DNA of 60,753 nt, filler included, from Bdellovibrionales bacterium RIFOXYD12_FULL_39_22 (GCA_001770205.1; 7 parts of 7 records of this genome joined end to end with filler, not necessarily neighbours in it), one strand, 5' to 3'; counted from the whole stretch's first letter, positions 9,824-19,850 are shown. Notes: a model not told the origin generated them from the sequence alone. Numbers and translations are program-made.

Positions 9824-10036
9824 ATGGTACTATCTGTTGTGGGCAAGATACGCTATAAAAATTTTATAATTGTTACATGGGTAGGAGATCATAGTCCGAG
9901 ACATTGTCATGTGTATAAGGGAGGAAGGTTAGTGTTGAAATATAACCTTGAAAAGATGTGTCCTATGAAGGAATGCTCTGACTTGAAGGCAATTAAAATT
10001 ATCAAGCAGTTAGTTGCCAAAGGTGTATTGAAATGA
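9824..10036 (+). CDS. Putative toxin, DUF4160-like
   Basis: GDHSPRHCHVY motif; ATGA overlap with the following HTH gene. Confidence 0.65.
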   Translation: MVLSVVGKIRYKNFIIVTWVGDHSPRHCHVYKGGRLVLKYNLEKMCPMKECSDLKAIKIIKQLVAKGVLK

Positions 10037-10494
10037 AGATAAAACTTATTACATTGAACAAGAGAAAGAAAGTACTAGAGATCGTTACTAGGAATGATAA
10101 GAAATTTTCTTTGCCGCTGGCAAAAATTTTGGCCAAGACATCGGACATTGGCCAGATAGAAAAATGTTTTATCGATCACGAACTTGGAAACGAAGGTATT
10201 ACTATCGTTTTTAGCAATGGGAAAGAGACGTCTGTTTTGCTGGATCAATTTTTAGATTATAACTCCGACCCGGATTATGTTAATAGTTTGCGATTGCATG
10301 AATTATCCATCAAAGCACGGGAGGCTATCGATGAGTCTGGCCTGTCAAGAAGAGAGGTTGCTCGAAGGCTCAAGACATCGCCTGCGCAACTGCTGAGGCT
10401 TTTGGATCAGACAAATTACAATAAGTCGATCAACAGTATCTTTGCCATCCTTGACGTATTAGGCAAAAAGATTGAAATAAATATTGGCGCATAG
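10033..10494 (+). CDS. XRE-HTH antitoxin-like protein
   Basis: C-terminal SGLSRREVARRLKTSPAQLLRLL HTH. Confidence 0.75.
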   Translation: MKIKLITLNKRKKVLEIVTRNDKKFSLPLAKILAKTSDIGQIEKCFIDHELGNEGITIVFSNGKETSVLLDQFLDYNSDPDYVNSLRLHELSIKAREAIDESGLSRREVARRLKTSPAQLLRLLDQTNYNKSINSIFAILDVLGKKIEINIGA

Positions 10495-10557
10495 ATTCCG
10501 TACCAGGGCTTTAGGTGTCTCTTATTAAAAGATTAAAAGAGACTGCGTAGGTAAAAA

Positions 10558-10911
10558 TTAACCGTGTTTTAGCAGGAGTTCTTTTTCAATCTGCTTGGTT
10601 TCTCTTACCGAACGTACCGGGCCACTCAATATTCCAAACATTAGATGCAAATGTTCTTTTGTTTGCGGATCAATCTCGGCCAATTTATTTGCATACAAAA
10701 GCAATCGGTCTACGGTGTAGTTATCTGTTTTATAATTTAAAATATCACTCACTCTTGTTTTTGGTAACTCAACCATTTCTGAAAACTCAATGGCCTTCAT
10801 TTTGTTTTTTACCACAAAGCGAACAAATAGTTTGCATAAAGAAAATTTCATCATCTCATCAAATGAAGCATCTTCTGGCAACGCTTGAGGAATTTTTTTG
10901 AGTTTGCCCAT
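10558..10911 (-). CDS. XRE-family HTH regulator/antitoxin
   Basis: KTRVSDILNYKTDNYTVDRLL; same family as 29592-29897. Confidence 0.75.
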   Translation of the reverse strand: MGKLKKIPQALPEDASFDEMMKFSLCKLFVRFVVKNKMKAIEFSEMVELPKTRVSDILNYKTDNYTVDRLLLYANKLAEIDPQTKEHLHLMFGILSGPVRSVRETKQIEKELLLKHG

Positions 10912-11241
10912 CTTTTCAACTTGCCCGATAAAATCTAAAACAGCGTCAGTATCAGGGACTTTATTTTTTTTTATTTTCTTCTCCTATCTATCTAACTCTA
11001 TACAGAGTTATTGTTCCAATTACTTCAAAATCGTTTTTGGATGTAGTAAAAATCATTCTAAACTTTTTTCCAAAGTCAGTTCAATTTCGATAAATGCTTT
11101 AGAATAAGAAGCATCATTAAACTTGATCGTTCGGCCAATTTCTATTTCAATAATTTTTCCGCGTTCAGTCATGCTGATCCTTTTGGCCATTATAGCACAG
11201 AAAAATAAAGTTACCAAATATGGTAACAAAATTAAAATTGA

Positions 11242-11427
11242 GGGGCAAATTAGGGGCAATCTAGACAAAAATAGGCAAAAACCAAATACAGTAGGCGAGA
11301 AATAAACGGGGAGCTTGATGGGGGAAATCCCCTGTTAGATTAATAGTTTACGTTACTTTATTGTTGTTGATTTTAGCGCAGACAATTTTATAATTTTTCG
11401 TCTTTGGGTCTCCAGTCCTGGGCACCA
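11242..11427 (+). other. Integrase attachment-site remnant (arm-like repeats plus tRNA-3'-end-like core)
   Basis: GGGGCAAATTAGGGGCAA direct repeat, copy 2 of the 145-bp repeat, then TCCAGTCCTGGGCACCA ending in CCA immediately beyond the integrase stop. Confidence 0.55.
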
Positions 11428-11451
11428 ATTCTTCCAACTTATTGAAATCAT

Positions 11452-12027
11452 TCAGGAAAATCGCATCAAAAAAACCTTGTGTGGGGAATATGTGGGCCTT
11501 TCAACTTTTTGCTCACTTTCTAACTCACTTCCAAAATTTAAAATCTCGGTCGTTCCTGCCAGATAGGCCGGACTTAAATGAGCATATCTTTGGGTCATGT
11601 TTACTGACGTGTGGCCTAGTATTTTCTGAAGATCATAAATATTTCCGCCCTTCATCATAAACTGACTGGCAAAGGTATGTCTTAAATCATGAAACTTTAT
11701 CTGTCTGACGCTGGCCTCTTTGGTTGCCTTCGAGAATTCACGGTAGATATGGGCCGTTCTAAGTGGAAGGCCATCGTTCCTACTTAGAACAAAATCAGAT
11801 CTACGATTTTTAAATTCTCGTTCAAGATATTGTCGCACCCTAAGATTCATTGGAACATATCTGATCAGATTAGTCTTCGTTGTGCCAAGCCCATATCTCG
11901 TTAAGTTGCCTAAAACTTCGATAAGGCCCGCGGTGAAATTAACCTGATCCCATTTTAGTCCACAAAGTTCGCCTCGTCGCATTCCTGTATTGATCGCCAA
12001 GAGATACAAAAGGAAATTTTTGTTTTG
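11452..12027 (-). pseudogene. Tyrosine recombinase/integrase, catalytic domain only (5'-truncated)
   Basis: TGMRRGEL, HDLRHT, LGH and RYAH catalytic motifs; N-terminal and core-binding domains are absent. Confidence 0.85.
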
Positions 12028-12218
12028 CACTGTGCCTTTAACATGGATTTTCATTCCAAAATTTAAAGTAGGAATTTTTCACGACTTTGTGGCACCCTTA
12101 AAATAAATCTCCATGTTATTTAGCCATCTTAAAGAAAGCAAGCCGTTTCTGAAAAATATTTTCCCTTTCCTCGAAATGAGTAAAACGTTCAGCGGCTTTG
12201 CACGCCGAACTGTGCACC
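12028..12218 (-). mobile_element. Probable IS end inserted into the integrase
   Basis: An ORF tail runs in from the contig edge (..KRLAFFKMAK*), then TTAAAGGCACAGTG occurs where integrase similarity begins. Confidence 0.45.
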
Positions 12219-12318
12219 NNNNNNNNNNNNNNNNNNNNNNNNNNNNNNNNNNNNNNNNNNNNTTAATTAATTAANNNNNNNNNNNNNNNNNNNNNNNNNN
12301 NNNNNNNNNNNNNNNNNN

Positions 12319-12400
12319 AAAAAATGATTAGCTATATGAATACTGCTGAGAAAAGTTTTTCAACTTATCAAAAAACTGCACTAATACCTGAAACATACCG
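12319..12400 (+). mobile_element. IS terminal sequence, copy 1 of 3
   Basis: Exact reverse complement occurs at 17451-17532 and 60666-60747; all copies are at contig edges with different flanks. Confidence 0.85.
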
Positions 12401-13037
12401 ATACCTAATCGTGCTCACGAACTTTGCTTTCTCACATATTTGGATGGGAGCCGTAAATAAGGCCAATCTCCAAAACATTTTTTACTGGATATTCATTACC
12501 CTTGGAATAATCCTCCTAATCGCTTCCCGCAGACGCAGCTCCTCCTGGGATGCGGCGTTCGGTGGTCTGGCCGGATTGTTTTTTTGGGCGGCCTTTGGCG
12601 AGTGCGGGAAAGCTGGGGAACTCTACAAAACACCTGCTGTCTGGGGAAGTGTTATCGTGCTAACTATCTTTTTAATGCTTCGCCAGGGATCACGTTGCGA
12701 TTTCCATATCTTCATCCAGAAAATCTTGAGAATCTATAGAGTCCCAGAAGATGAACCCCATTGGTATGCCCTTGGAACTGCGCTAGTATTCTATTGGACG
12801 GTTTGGCTAGGGCACATGACAGAGCTAACCGCCTACTATGATCCACGCTTTGGCGTTCACTCGTGGTTGACATGGGCGATCTTCATTGCTTCAGCAGGAG
12901 CTACACCAGGGATTTTCTACCGCCTGTGGAAAACCCACAACTGGGCACAGGCCTGGGGACGTGCGATTCCATCCGTGCTCATCTCTTGGATGGCCATTGA
13001 GATCCTTATGAAATGGGGGATTTTTCCAAAGCTGTGA
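12401..13037 (+). pseudogene. Multi-pass membrane protein, 5' end cut by IS
   Basis: About seven hydrophobic segments; the first 26 aa of the ORF-track protein derive from the IS end. Confidence 0.7.
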
Positions 13038-13184
13038 TTTGGGAGATGACATCCAGCAAATTTCTGAAAGCGAAAAAATTAAAGATAAGGGCTGCTTTCC
13101 TCCGGTTAAAGCGCCGTTGGAAATTGTTCGCTACTAAAAAAATTTGTCTTTCTGCTCACTAAGGTATGTAAATAATCTCAGCCT

Positions 13185-13219
13185 AAAATGAAAAGGGCCA
13201 GCGCGGCCCTTTTCATTTT
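13185..13219. terminator. Bidirectional intrinsic terminator
   Basis: AAAATGAAAAGGGCC-agcgc-GGCCCTTTTCATTTT between convergent genes. Confidence 0.85.
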
Positions 13220-13254
13220 TCCTTTGCTATTAAATTTTGAAATTGCTCATTTTC

Positions 13255-13863
13255 CTAGATACAAATAGGTTGATTAGATTCAAAAAAATCATTAAGGTCT
13301 TTACCAGTTGGTAGAAAGTCTATGTTCAAAGTCATATCATTTTCTCTTTGTTGATGTGCTATTTCTATTTTTTTTTCAGAAATATAATTTATAAGGTTCA
13401 AGTAATCACAATTAATCGACTGTTTACAATCATTTTCGGTGAACTCTGTAATCCTCTCCCATTCGTATTTTGGGTTTATCTTACAAGTTTTTGTAGATAA
13501 CTGGTTAAGAAGCGAAATTTCTCTAGTATTATCAACAATCATTTTTTCTTTAGATATCCAGGTAGCAACACTACTTGATATATTAGTATCAAAAGGGACT
13601 AGTGCCAGATTATTTTTGTAAAGGTATTCAAATGACTTTATAACTTTATCGGCCACGGCCTTATTACTTATGTCTCTAAAACGCTTACAGTCACGATAGT
13701 TTGTAATAACTCCTTGATTCAAGGAACTAGCTATAATTTTTCTTCCAAATTCTGATTGCGTAGAATTTGTTCGATACGTCGTTCTAAGAATTTCTAGAAA
13801 ATTATCTTCCGCAAATGCGGTACCCCAAATTAGAAAAACCAATACAAGCAATATCTTTTTCAT
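13255..13863 (-). CDS. Secreted hypothetical protein
   Basis: Signal peptide MKKILLVLVFLIWGTAFA. Confidence 0.8.
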   Translation of the reverse strand: MKKILLVLVFLIWGTAFAEDNFLEILRTTYRTNSTQSEFGRKIIASSLNQGVITNYRDCKRFRDISNKAVADKVIKSFEYLYKNNLALVPFDTNISSSVATWISKEKMIVDNTREISLLNQLSTKTCKINPKYEWERITEFTENDCKQSINCDYLNLINYISEKKIEIAHQQRENDMTLNIDFLPTGKDLNDFFESNQPICI

Positions 13864-14150
13864 ATTTTTTATCCTAATGGTTTCTGCTCACCCGATGCTC
13901 GCAAATCCCATACGTTTATATTGTTCTTAGCTAAGATGGTATTCGAGATAAAAAAAATTATCATGCTCTTTTTTTTCACTAAGGCACAAATTACATACCC
14001 TGTCAGGAAATAGACAGTCCGATATACTTAGAATCATTGGAATCATGGAATCGGGGGTATTTTAAGATCGTGTTTCTACATTATAAATTAGAAATTGGCG
14101 GCAACCAAATTTCTGGCAACCGCCACAGTCAAAACAATACCCACATTATG

Positions 14151-14486
14151 CTAGAACCTAGCTGTGCTACTCGCTCCTCCTCCTGAACGATCGCCACCGC
14201 ATAACTGTAGATTGCTGGTCAATCCAAGTTTAGATTTAATTTTTATCACCTTCGCGGCACTTTCAACGAAAACGCTTTTCACTTCGTCTCCGTAGATAAT
14301 TTGGTTATTATTCAGTTCAATTTGATCAGCGACTTTTTCGTCATCATAAACGATGGCCTTAATATCGCTTGCGGGAACAAATTCCCCGCTGTAAACAGTT
14401 AGGCCTTTTAATATTGGCCCACCGTCCATAGCAAACGATGAAGATAGAAAAACCGACACTACGACAGATATTAGTAATTTTTTCAT
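14151..14486 (-). CDS. Small secreted protein with Gly-rich GGDRSGGG tail
   Basis: Signal peptide ending SSSFA; overlaps the stop of the upstream regulator. Confidence 0.75.
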   Translation of the reverse strand: MKKLLISVVVSVFLSSSFAMDGGPILKGLTVYSGEFVPASDIKAIVYDDEKVADQIELNNNQIIYGDEVKSVFVESAAKVIKIKSKLGLTSNLQLCGGDRSGGGASSTARF

Positions 14487-15265
14487 AACGCATACTCCTT
14501 TTTGGTTGTTTCTGATTCGATCGATGTAAATGAGTCACACAGTGCTACTGAGAAAAATGGAATTTCCCCATGATTCCTTTTATCGTCCATAATCTTTGCC
14601 ATCTCCTCATGAAACCTTTTGTGCGCACTACGTGCGGCCATCATTCCATTTAAATTCAATCCCTCTGTCATCGTATGGACATAGTTTCTCTTTTTTTCAA
14701 TGTGGCCAATCTTATAAAAATCTACATAAGTATTTAAGTGGCGCTTGATACTATCAAACGATCGCACCATATTATGCTTACTAGATTTATAATATCGGCC
14801 ATTAAATTCGCTTACCCACTCCCGTTGGACCAATAAACTGATTGCGTCCATCCCAGCACTACCTAAGACATTTATTAACTGTGCCTTATCAGTTCCACTA
14901 TCTAGTGACGATAAAACATAGGCCACAAATACCGTACGATCATTAATTAGCTTTTCAAATTCGTGAGAGACAATTTTATTATCCTCACTAGCAAGAGCGA
15001 TATCAAAGACGTTGGCGACGTCTGCATCATAAGAGTCTAAGGCCTCTTTTACCAACACATCATTGCCAGAACCAATGAGTATTTTAACCAAATTGGCCAA
15101 ATGCGGCCGACGTTTTTCGTTGTATACTCGATTTAATGTTGCTCGATTCATTCCGATTTTGGATGCAATCTGGGCCTCAGACAAGTTCTTGTACTTATCT
15201 CTAAGATCCGTTAAGCAGCGATCAAGAATTTCTTCCCATCGCGCCCTCATACATTTAGTTTCCAT
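14483..15265 (-). CDS. XRE-HTH protein with winged-helix and DUF4423-like C-terminus (TIGR02147-like)
   Basis: LSEAQIASKIGMNRATLNRV HTH and C-terminal VHTMTEGLN..FFSVAL; GGAGG RBS. Confidence 0.6.
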   Translation of the reverse strand: METKCMRARWEEILDRCLTDLRDKYKNLSEAQIASKIGMNRATLNRVYNEKRRPHLANLVKILIGSGNDVLVKEALDSYDADVANVFDIALASEDNKIVSHEFEKLINDRTVFVAYVLSSLDSGTDKAQLINVLGSAGMDAISLLVQREWVSEFNGRYYKSSKHNMVRSFDSIKRHLNTYVDFYKIGHIEKKRNYVHTMTEGLNLNGMMAARSAHKRFHEEMAKIMDDKRNHGEIPFFSVALCDSFTSIESETTKKEYAL

Positions 15266-16063
15266 AAAATCTCCTCCCGTAATAGTTTCTTCAAATGCAA
15301 AAAATCAAAGGTGGCCTCTCCTAATTTTACCATTCACCGGCGAGAATAATGCGATTGGCGTGCCAACTTGCTACTGGTGCATTGGCATTAAAATTAGTAA
15401 CTTATTGGTGATGCAATAAGAATTTAGTGTTCTCGTTTAAGAACAAACTGTTTCAAAAATGAAACATCTACAAAAGAAATTCCCAACGACACTACAGGCC
15501 TTTGGTTGTACTAAGCTGTAGTACCGTAGATTGTGATGGGTACAAGTGGCAGATCAAACATAAGACAAACCTAGGCCTAGTCCAGTTTCCATAATATCTC
15601 ATATTATTTCGGCCCACCGAATATCATTAGTAGCATAGATTTTTTTAATGAATAGTTTTTTTTGTTGAGAGAAAGATATTTTTCAAAAGTGAAATTACCA
15701 ATTTTTCATTTGCGAAAAATGCTTTGTAATATTTTTCGGGCCACTTTACATCGTAGCAAAATTGTGAAGTCCATTTTTTTTCCAGCGAATGCAGCCATTT
15801 TGTCTCACGATGCAACACTGTCTCACGGTGAGACAACTTTTTTGCTGCAAAATAATCAATTTTAAATCACTTACAGGATGTTGGCCTTGAGCGTGTCGAC
15901 TCATGAGACACAGATTCGGCCAACATCTTCCATTTTATTTTTTTGCGATTAAAGTGTGCAACGTTTTCTTGAGTGGGCGCGCCCTCAAGAGAACAACGCA
16001 AAACAAAAGTGGCGTAAACGAACGGCGTAATGTTCTGGCCATCAAAAATTTATAGGAGATTTT

Positions 16064-16543
16064 ATGAAAGGTATAGATATAGATAGTAACATCAACAGTA
16101 AGCAAGAAAAAGTACAACCATGTAAATCAGCATTGTGCCGGCCATGGCTGGATCAGAAAGGTAAACCAATTGGTAATGATAAACTAAAAATCATATCAAA
16201 AGATTGGGATCAGTCCATGTGGGAAAAGTATCTAAGCTGGTATGAGACACCTAGCAAGGAAATATTAATTCACCACCGCACCTATGATGCGCTTGCTGAG
16301 CAAATGGAAGAGTCCGTTTTTGCACTTAGTGCCAGTGGTGCAGATGACGAGCTGAAAGTTTTTGTAAGGAAGCTAGTTTCTAAGCTTACTCCGAAGCAGC
16401 AGCGAGTGATTCATATGATCTACTGGGATGGAAAAAGCGAGAGAGAAATCGCGACAGAATTAAATCTCTCTCGAATAGCAATTTCAAAATTAAAAAAACG
16501 TGCATTTCGAAAAATTACAATGCTTTGGCCAAAAAAAGGTTAG
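16064..16543 (+). CDS. Sigma70 region-4-like HTH protein
   Basis: KLTPKQQRVIHMIYWDGKSEREIATELNLSR. Confidence 0.8.
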   Translation: MKGIDIDSNINSKQEKVQPCKSALCRPWLDQKGKPIGNDKLKIISKDWDQSMWEKYLSWYETPSKEILIHHRTYDALAEQMEESVFALSASGADDELKVFVRKLVSKLTPKQQRVIHMIYWDGKSEREIATELNLSRIAISKLKKRAFRKITMLWPKKG

Positions 16544-16599
16544 CCAAAAGTACATTAGTAGAAGGGCAAAAAATATTTTTGCTCAAAAACGGAGGAGTT

Positions 16600-16764
16600 A
16601 TGAAACAGGAGTTTTACAAAAAAATTTGGACTTGGATGACGGACTTTTTCCGATGTCCCAATGAAAACAATGACGCTGAACTTGCTTGGCGCAGGTGGGA
16701 ATATTTCGAAAAGAAGCAAACTCAAACAGAGAACCGAAGGAGTGATTATGTTCGATATTTCTGA
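16600..16764 (+). CDS. Small hypothetical protein
   Basis: GGAGGAG RBS before MKQEFY; fills the gap in the operon. Confidence 0.55.
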   Translation: MKQEFYKKIWTWMTDFFRCPNENNDAELAWRRWEYFEKKQTQTENRRSDYVRYF

Positions 16765-17023
16765 AGAAGCAAGAAACAACATGAGTAAACGCCTTATGAA
16801 AATGTTTCGCAAACTAAGCAAGAATGCGCAGAGAGCACTTCATCTGCGCTATTGGGAGTTAATGACCATTGAAGAAATTTCTCATGACATTGGTATGTCG
16901 TGGGCCGAGACAGATCGGTTAATCGATTCTTCGTTGGTAAAACTGCGCTACCTGTTTTTGTGTGGCAATAAGGCCGAGGCCGAGAAAATGATGAAAGAAA
17001 ACATGCAGGCACTAAGTGCCTAA
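16748..17023 (+). CDS. Second sigma70 region-4-like HTH protein
   Basis: LSKNAQRALHLRYWELMTIEEISHDIGMS; AAGGAG RBS before MFDISEE. Confidence 0.75.
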   Translation: MFDISEEARNNMSKRLMKMFRKLSKNAQRALHLRYWELMTIEEISHDIGMSWAETDRLIDSSLVKLRYLFLCGNKAEAEKMMKENMQALSA

Positions 17024-17032
17024 GGAGAGATT

Positions 17033-17450
17033 ATGACAACATTATTAAAGAATCTATTTATTATTATGTTATTACTGGGGATAGTTGCGTGCAGTTTTGT
17101 ACAGGATAAACCTAAAACAACGCCTATGCCAGCGGCAACACCAGAAAGAAAATTAGACGAGCAAACGCCAGATGATAATCAAGACTCTGATGGAGACAAA
17201 GTTCCCGACATAAAAGAGCGGCCAATGGGTAGACGGCCATATCTGGCCGATCTGCCAGAGGTACGAGTGCGCTTTTTGCAGGATTACTCTATCGAGGCAA
17301 AGTTTAAAAGTGTGGCAGATGGTTCGGTGGCATCGTTTGTGATTGATACCAAAGTTGGGCGTAATGATCCAAACTTCAAGTATCGCATTGGAGACATTTT
17401 TATCAGGGGCCAGGCGTACAAAGCTGCGGCCAATGTTGGAAAATTTTCTA
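17033..17450 (+). pseudogene. Lipoprotein with DxDxD Ca-binding motif, truncated by IS
   Basis: Lipobox IVAC and DSDGDKVPD; the frame runs into the IS end at 17451. Confidence 0.75.
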
Positions 17451-17544
17451 CGGTATGTTTCAGGTATTAGTGCAGTTTTTTGATAAGTTGAAAAACTTTT
17501 CTCAGCAGTATTCATATAGCTAATCATTTTTTCTTCTACCGTCA
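17451..17544 (-). mobile_element. IS terminal sequence, copy 2 of 3
   Basis: Identical to the reverse complement of 12319-12400 and to 60666-60753. Confidence 0.85.
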
Positions 17545-17644
17545 NNNNNNNNNNNNNNNNNNNNNNNNNNNNNNNNNNNNNNNNNNNNTTAATTAATTAA
17601 NNNNNNNNNNNNNNNNNNNNNNNNNNNNNNNNNNNNNNNNNNNN

Positions 17645-17804
17645 AAGTCCTTAGGTGTTGAAGTAAATCACTACACCAAAGAAAAGATTGAAGCGGTGAC
17701 AAAGATCTCTGCATAAGTTGGTTTAACATTTTAAAATTGTAAGAGAGCTTGATTAAAAGTTCAGGGAAGGTCTGTGCCCTTGAAAACGTTCGCTTATATA
17801 GCAA
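17645..17804 (+). mobile_element. 3' part of a probable IS (ORF tail ..HYTKEKIEAVTKISA*)
   Basis: 17670-17804 is 134/135 identical to the reverse complement of 30558-30692; located at a contig edge. Confidence 0.65.
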
Positions 17805-17901
17805 TATTAAAAATCTGGGCCATGCCCGTTATTTCTCAACTTTCGTGATCTTGCTCAGAAAAGCTCGCTTTTTCGAGCATTGCTCACTATCTGCCAGCGT
17901 T
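17803..17901 (+). repeat. ~100-bp hairpin-containing repeat, copy 1
   Basis: First 58 nt are 57/58 identical to 19211-19268. Confidence 0.85.
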
Positions 17902-17992
17902 CTCATTAATTGGTCGATCACATTCCTAGTGTTATTATGTGAGCCCCATATTTAAGACAGTTCCATCCATATTTAATGATTTATAGTTTCCG

Positions 17993-19081
17993 CTATTTAG
18001 TTTTTATTAGCGGAGATTTGTACGCAAGAAATTCTGAGAAACTTGTATCGCCTATTGGGAAATCCATTATATTTGAAAAAACAATTGGCAGTGATCTGTT
18101 TTTCATCATGTCAGGACCATCCATCAAATGATAATGAAGATGAGGTCCTGTTGAATTTCCTGAATTTCCGAGCAATGCTAAGACTTGACCTTGTTTTACC
18201 TTTTGCCCTTCTTCAACTTTTATTGATCCTGGCACGCAATGTGCAATGAAACTATACTCATTTTTCCCATGGTTAATTATTATCACATTTCCTGCTGCAG
18301 CATGAATAAGTCCCCATTTACTAATTCTTTCTTCCGTTAATTCAGGAGTTACGCCAATCTTCTTATTTTCGGGTAGTCCGTCTTTAACTAAAACAACAGT
18401 GCCATTTGCTGGGGAAATAATCTCTTTTTTGTAAGTAGGAAAATCAGTGTTTTTATTCCCTCTGTTTTTAAATAGATTTGCTTGGCCATCAAGAATGCAT
18501 ATATCGTATCCAAATTCTTGGGATGTAGTTTGCCTATGATGACTAACGCCAGTCGCTGGACCATTAAGGGCCCATGCGATTCCTCGAAGAGGAAAAATAT
18601 ACTTGTTTTTTAGTTTATATTTTTTTAAGTTAAATGTTTTTGTGCAGATTTTATTGAGCTGATTAGATTTATATTCGACTTGTACTATTAGCTTTGTTGG
18701 AGTGATTGATTTTAAAAATGAATAGTTGTTTGTAATAAGTGTTTTTTCATTTTCCTTGAGCTTATTAGATGGACTATATTCTGAGCTACCTTTGAAATTT
18801 TTCGAGAGCCAAAATGATAAAAAATTTAAGTTTTTCATTAGCGTATTGTTAAAGCGGTGAGAGGATTTTGTAAACTCGTTTTCTAAGGTTTTTCCTTCAA
18901 AAATTGTTGCAGAAATTGCCTCATTTTTTTTTGCCAATGTATAAGTGACTTTTTTGATAATAATCTGTGAGGCAGATATGTTTTTAAGCTCAATCCCGTG
19001 AACCATTAGTTCAAAAATTTTGTGCCCATGCGATTCGTACATAAGGGGAACTAATGATTTGCTAAGCAACTTAATTTCCAT
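17993..19081 (-). CDS. M23 family metallopeptidase
   Basis: GNVIIINHG..YSFIAH and GNSGNSTGPHLHYHL. Confidence 0.9.
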   Translation of the reverse strand: MEIKLLSKSLVPLMYESHGHKIFELMVHGIELKNISASQIIIKKVTYTLAKKNEAISATIFEGKTLENEFTKSSHRFNNTLMKNLNFLSFWLSKNFKGSSEYSPSNKLKENEKTLITNNYSFLKSITPTKLIVQVEYKSNQLNKICTKTFNLKKYKLKNKYIFPLRGIAWALNGPATGVSHHRQTTSQEFGYDICILDGQANLFKNRGNKNTDFPTYKKEIISPANGTVVLVKDGLPENKKIGVTPELTEERISKWGLIHAAAGNVIIINHGKNEYSFIAHCVPGSIKVEEGQKVKQGQVLALLGNSGNSTGPHLHYHLMDGPDMMKNRSLPIVFSNIMDFPIGDTSFSEFLAYKSPLIKTK

Positions 19082-19210
19082 ATAAAAAACGCTCCTAATT
19101 AATAACTTGTTCGATGCTGATTTTATTTAAAATTATAGGCAAATAACCAGAAAAAAAAGAGTAATTCAACTTGATTTTTTGAAGTAGGTAATAATGTAAG
19201 ATATCAATGT

Positions 19211-19309
19211 AATATTAAAAATCTGGGCCATGCCCGTTATTTCTAAACTTTCGTGATCTTGCTCAGAAGCGCTCGTTTTTCTGCGCAAGATCTGTTATCC
19301 GCCAACGTT
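19211..19309 (+). repeat. ~100-bp hairpin-containing repeat, copy 2
   Basis: GATCTTGCTCAGAA-N10-TTCTGCGCAAGATC inverted repeat followed by GTTATCC. Confidence 0.85.
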
Positions 19310-19350
19310 ACAGAGCACAAGTCACTTACAATCTTAGTAAAAAAAGTACA

Positions 19351-19850
19351 CTAATTATCACTTAAACTTGAGTGCATACTACACCAAAGATCTTCCTCCT
19401 CTTTGTCAATATTTAGAGTCAGAAAAAATTCATGAGATTCATCATTAAAGAGTTTAGTTGAATAGTTAGTGTAAAACTGGCCAATGTCAGACGACTGTTC
19501 ATTTACTGGCGCAATATGAGCATAATAAACATCAAATGAAACTTCACCTTCGGAGTCAATTTTCGCAGACGTAACAAAAACTTTGGCGTTTACAGCATTC
19601 TGTTTAAGATAATTATTCAGATTTGTTCCAATTACATCGTTATGAAAAATCTCCTGCTTATCGGTGCCGTTAATATTGAAGATAGTAACGGAAGACTGGT
19701 TGCTTAGGGCATAGTCTGAAGGAGTCAATACAGAAGCTCTGTTGTACACTCTTTCTCGATCAAGGGTACATTCAATGAATCCTTGAGTTACTGCTCCAAA
19801 TGATTGAGTCGATATAAATATTAATAGAATGTCCCATACTAAATCGTGCG
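19351..19850 (-). CDS. Hypothetical secreted protein, 5' end probably damaged
   Basis: Open frame with a signal-peptide remnant (ILLIFISTQSFG) but no clear start or RBS. Confidence 0.5.

Noticed and set aside
11452..12054. Integrase as an integron IntI for the hairpin repeats
   Set aside because: It lacks the IntI-specific insertion, is truncated and is on a different contig.
12324..12400. Three ORFs sharing the N-terminus MISYMNTAEKSFSTYQKTALIPETYR (possible shufflon or constant-leader system)
   Set aside because: The shared part is an IS end at contig edges. Two of the three read antisense into real genes, so the fusions are incidental.
15355..15372. Sigma54-like TGGC..TGC sites here and near 19982
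   Set aside because: Spacing is GG-N11-GC, one base off the strict requirement.
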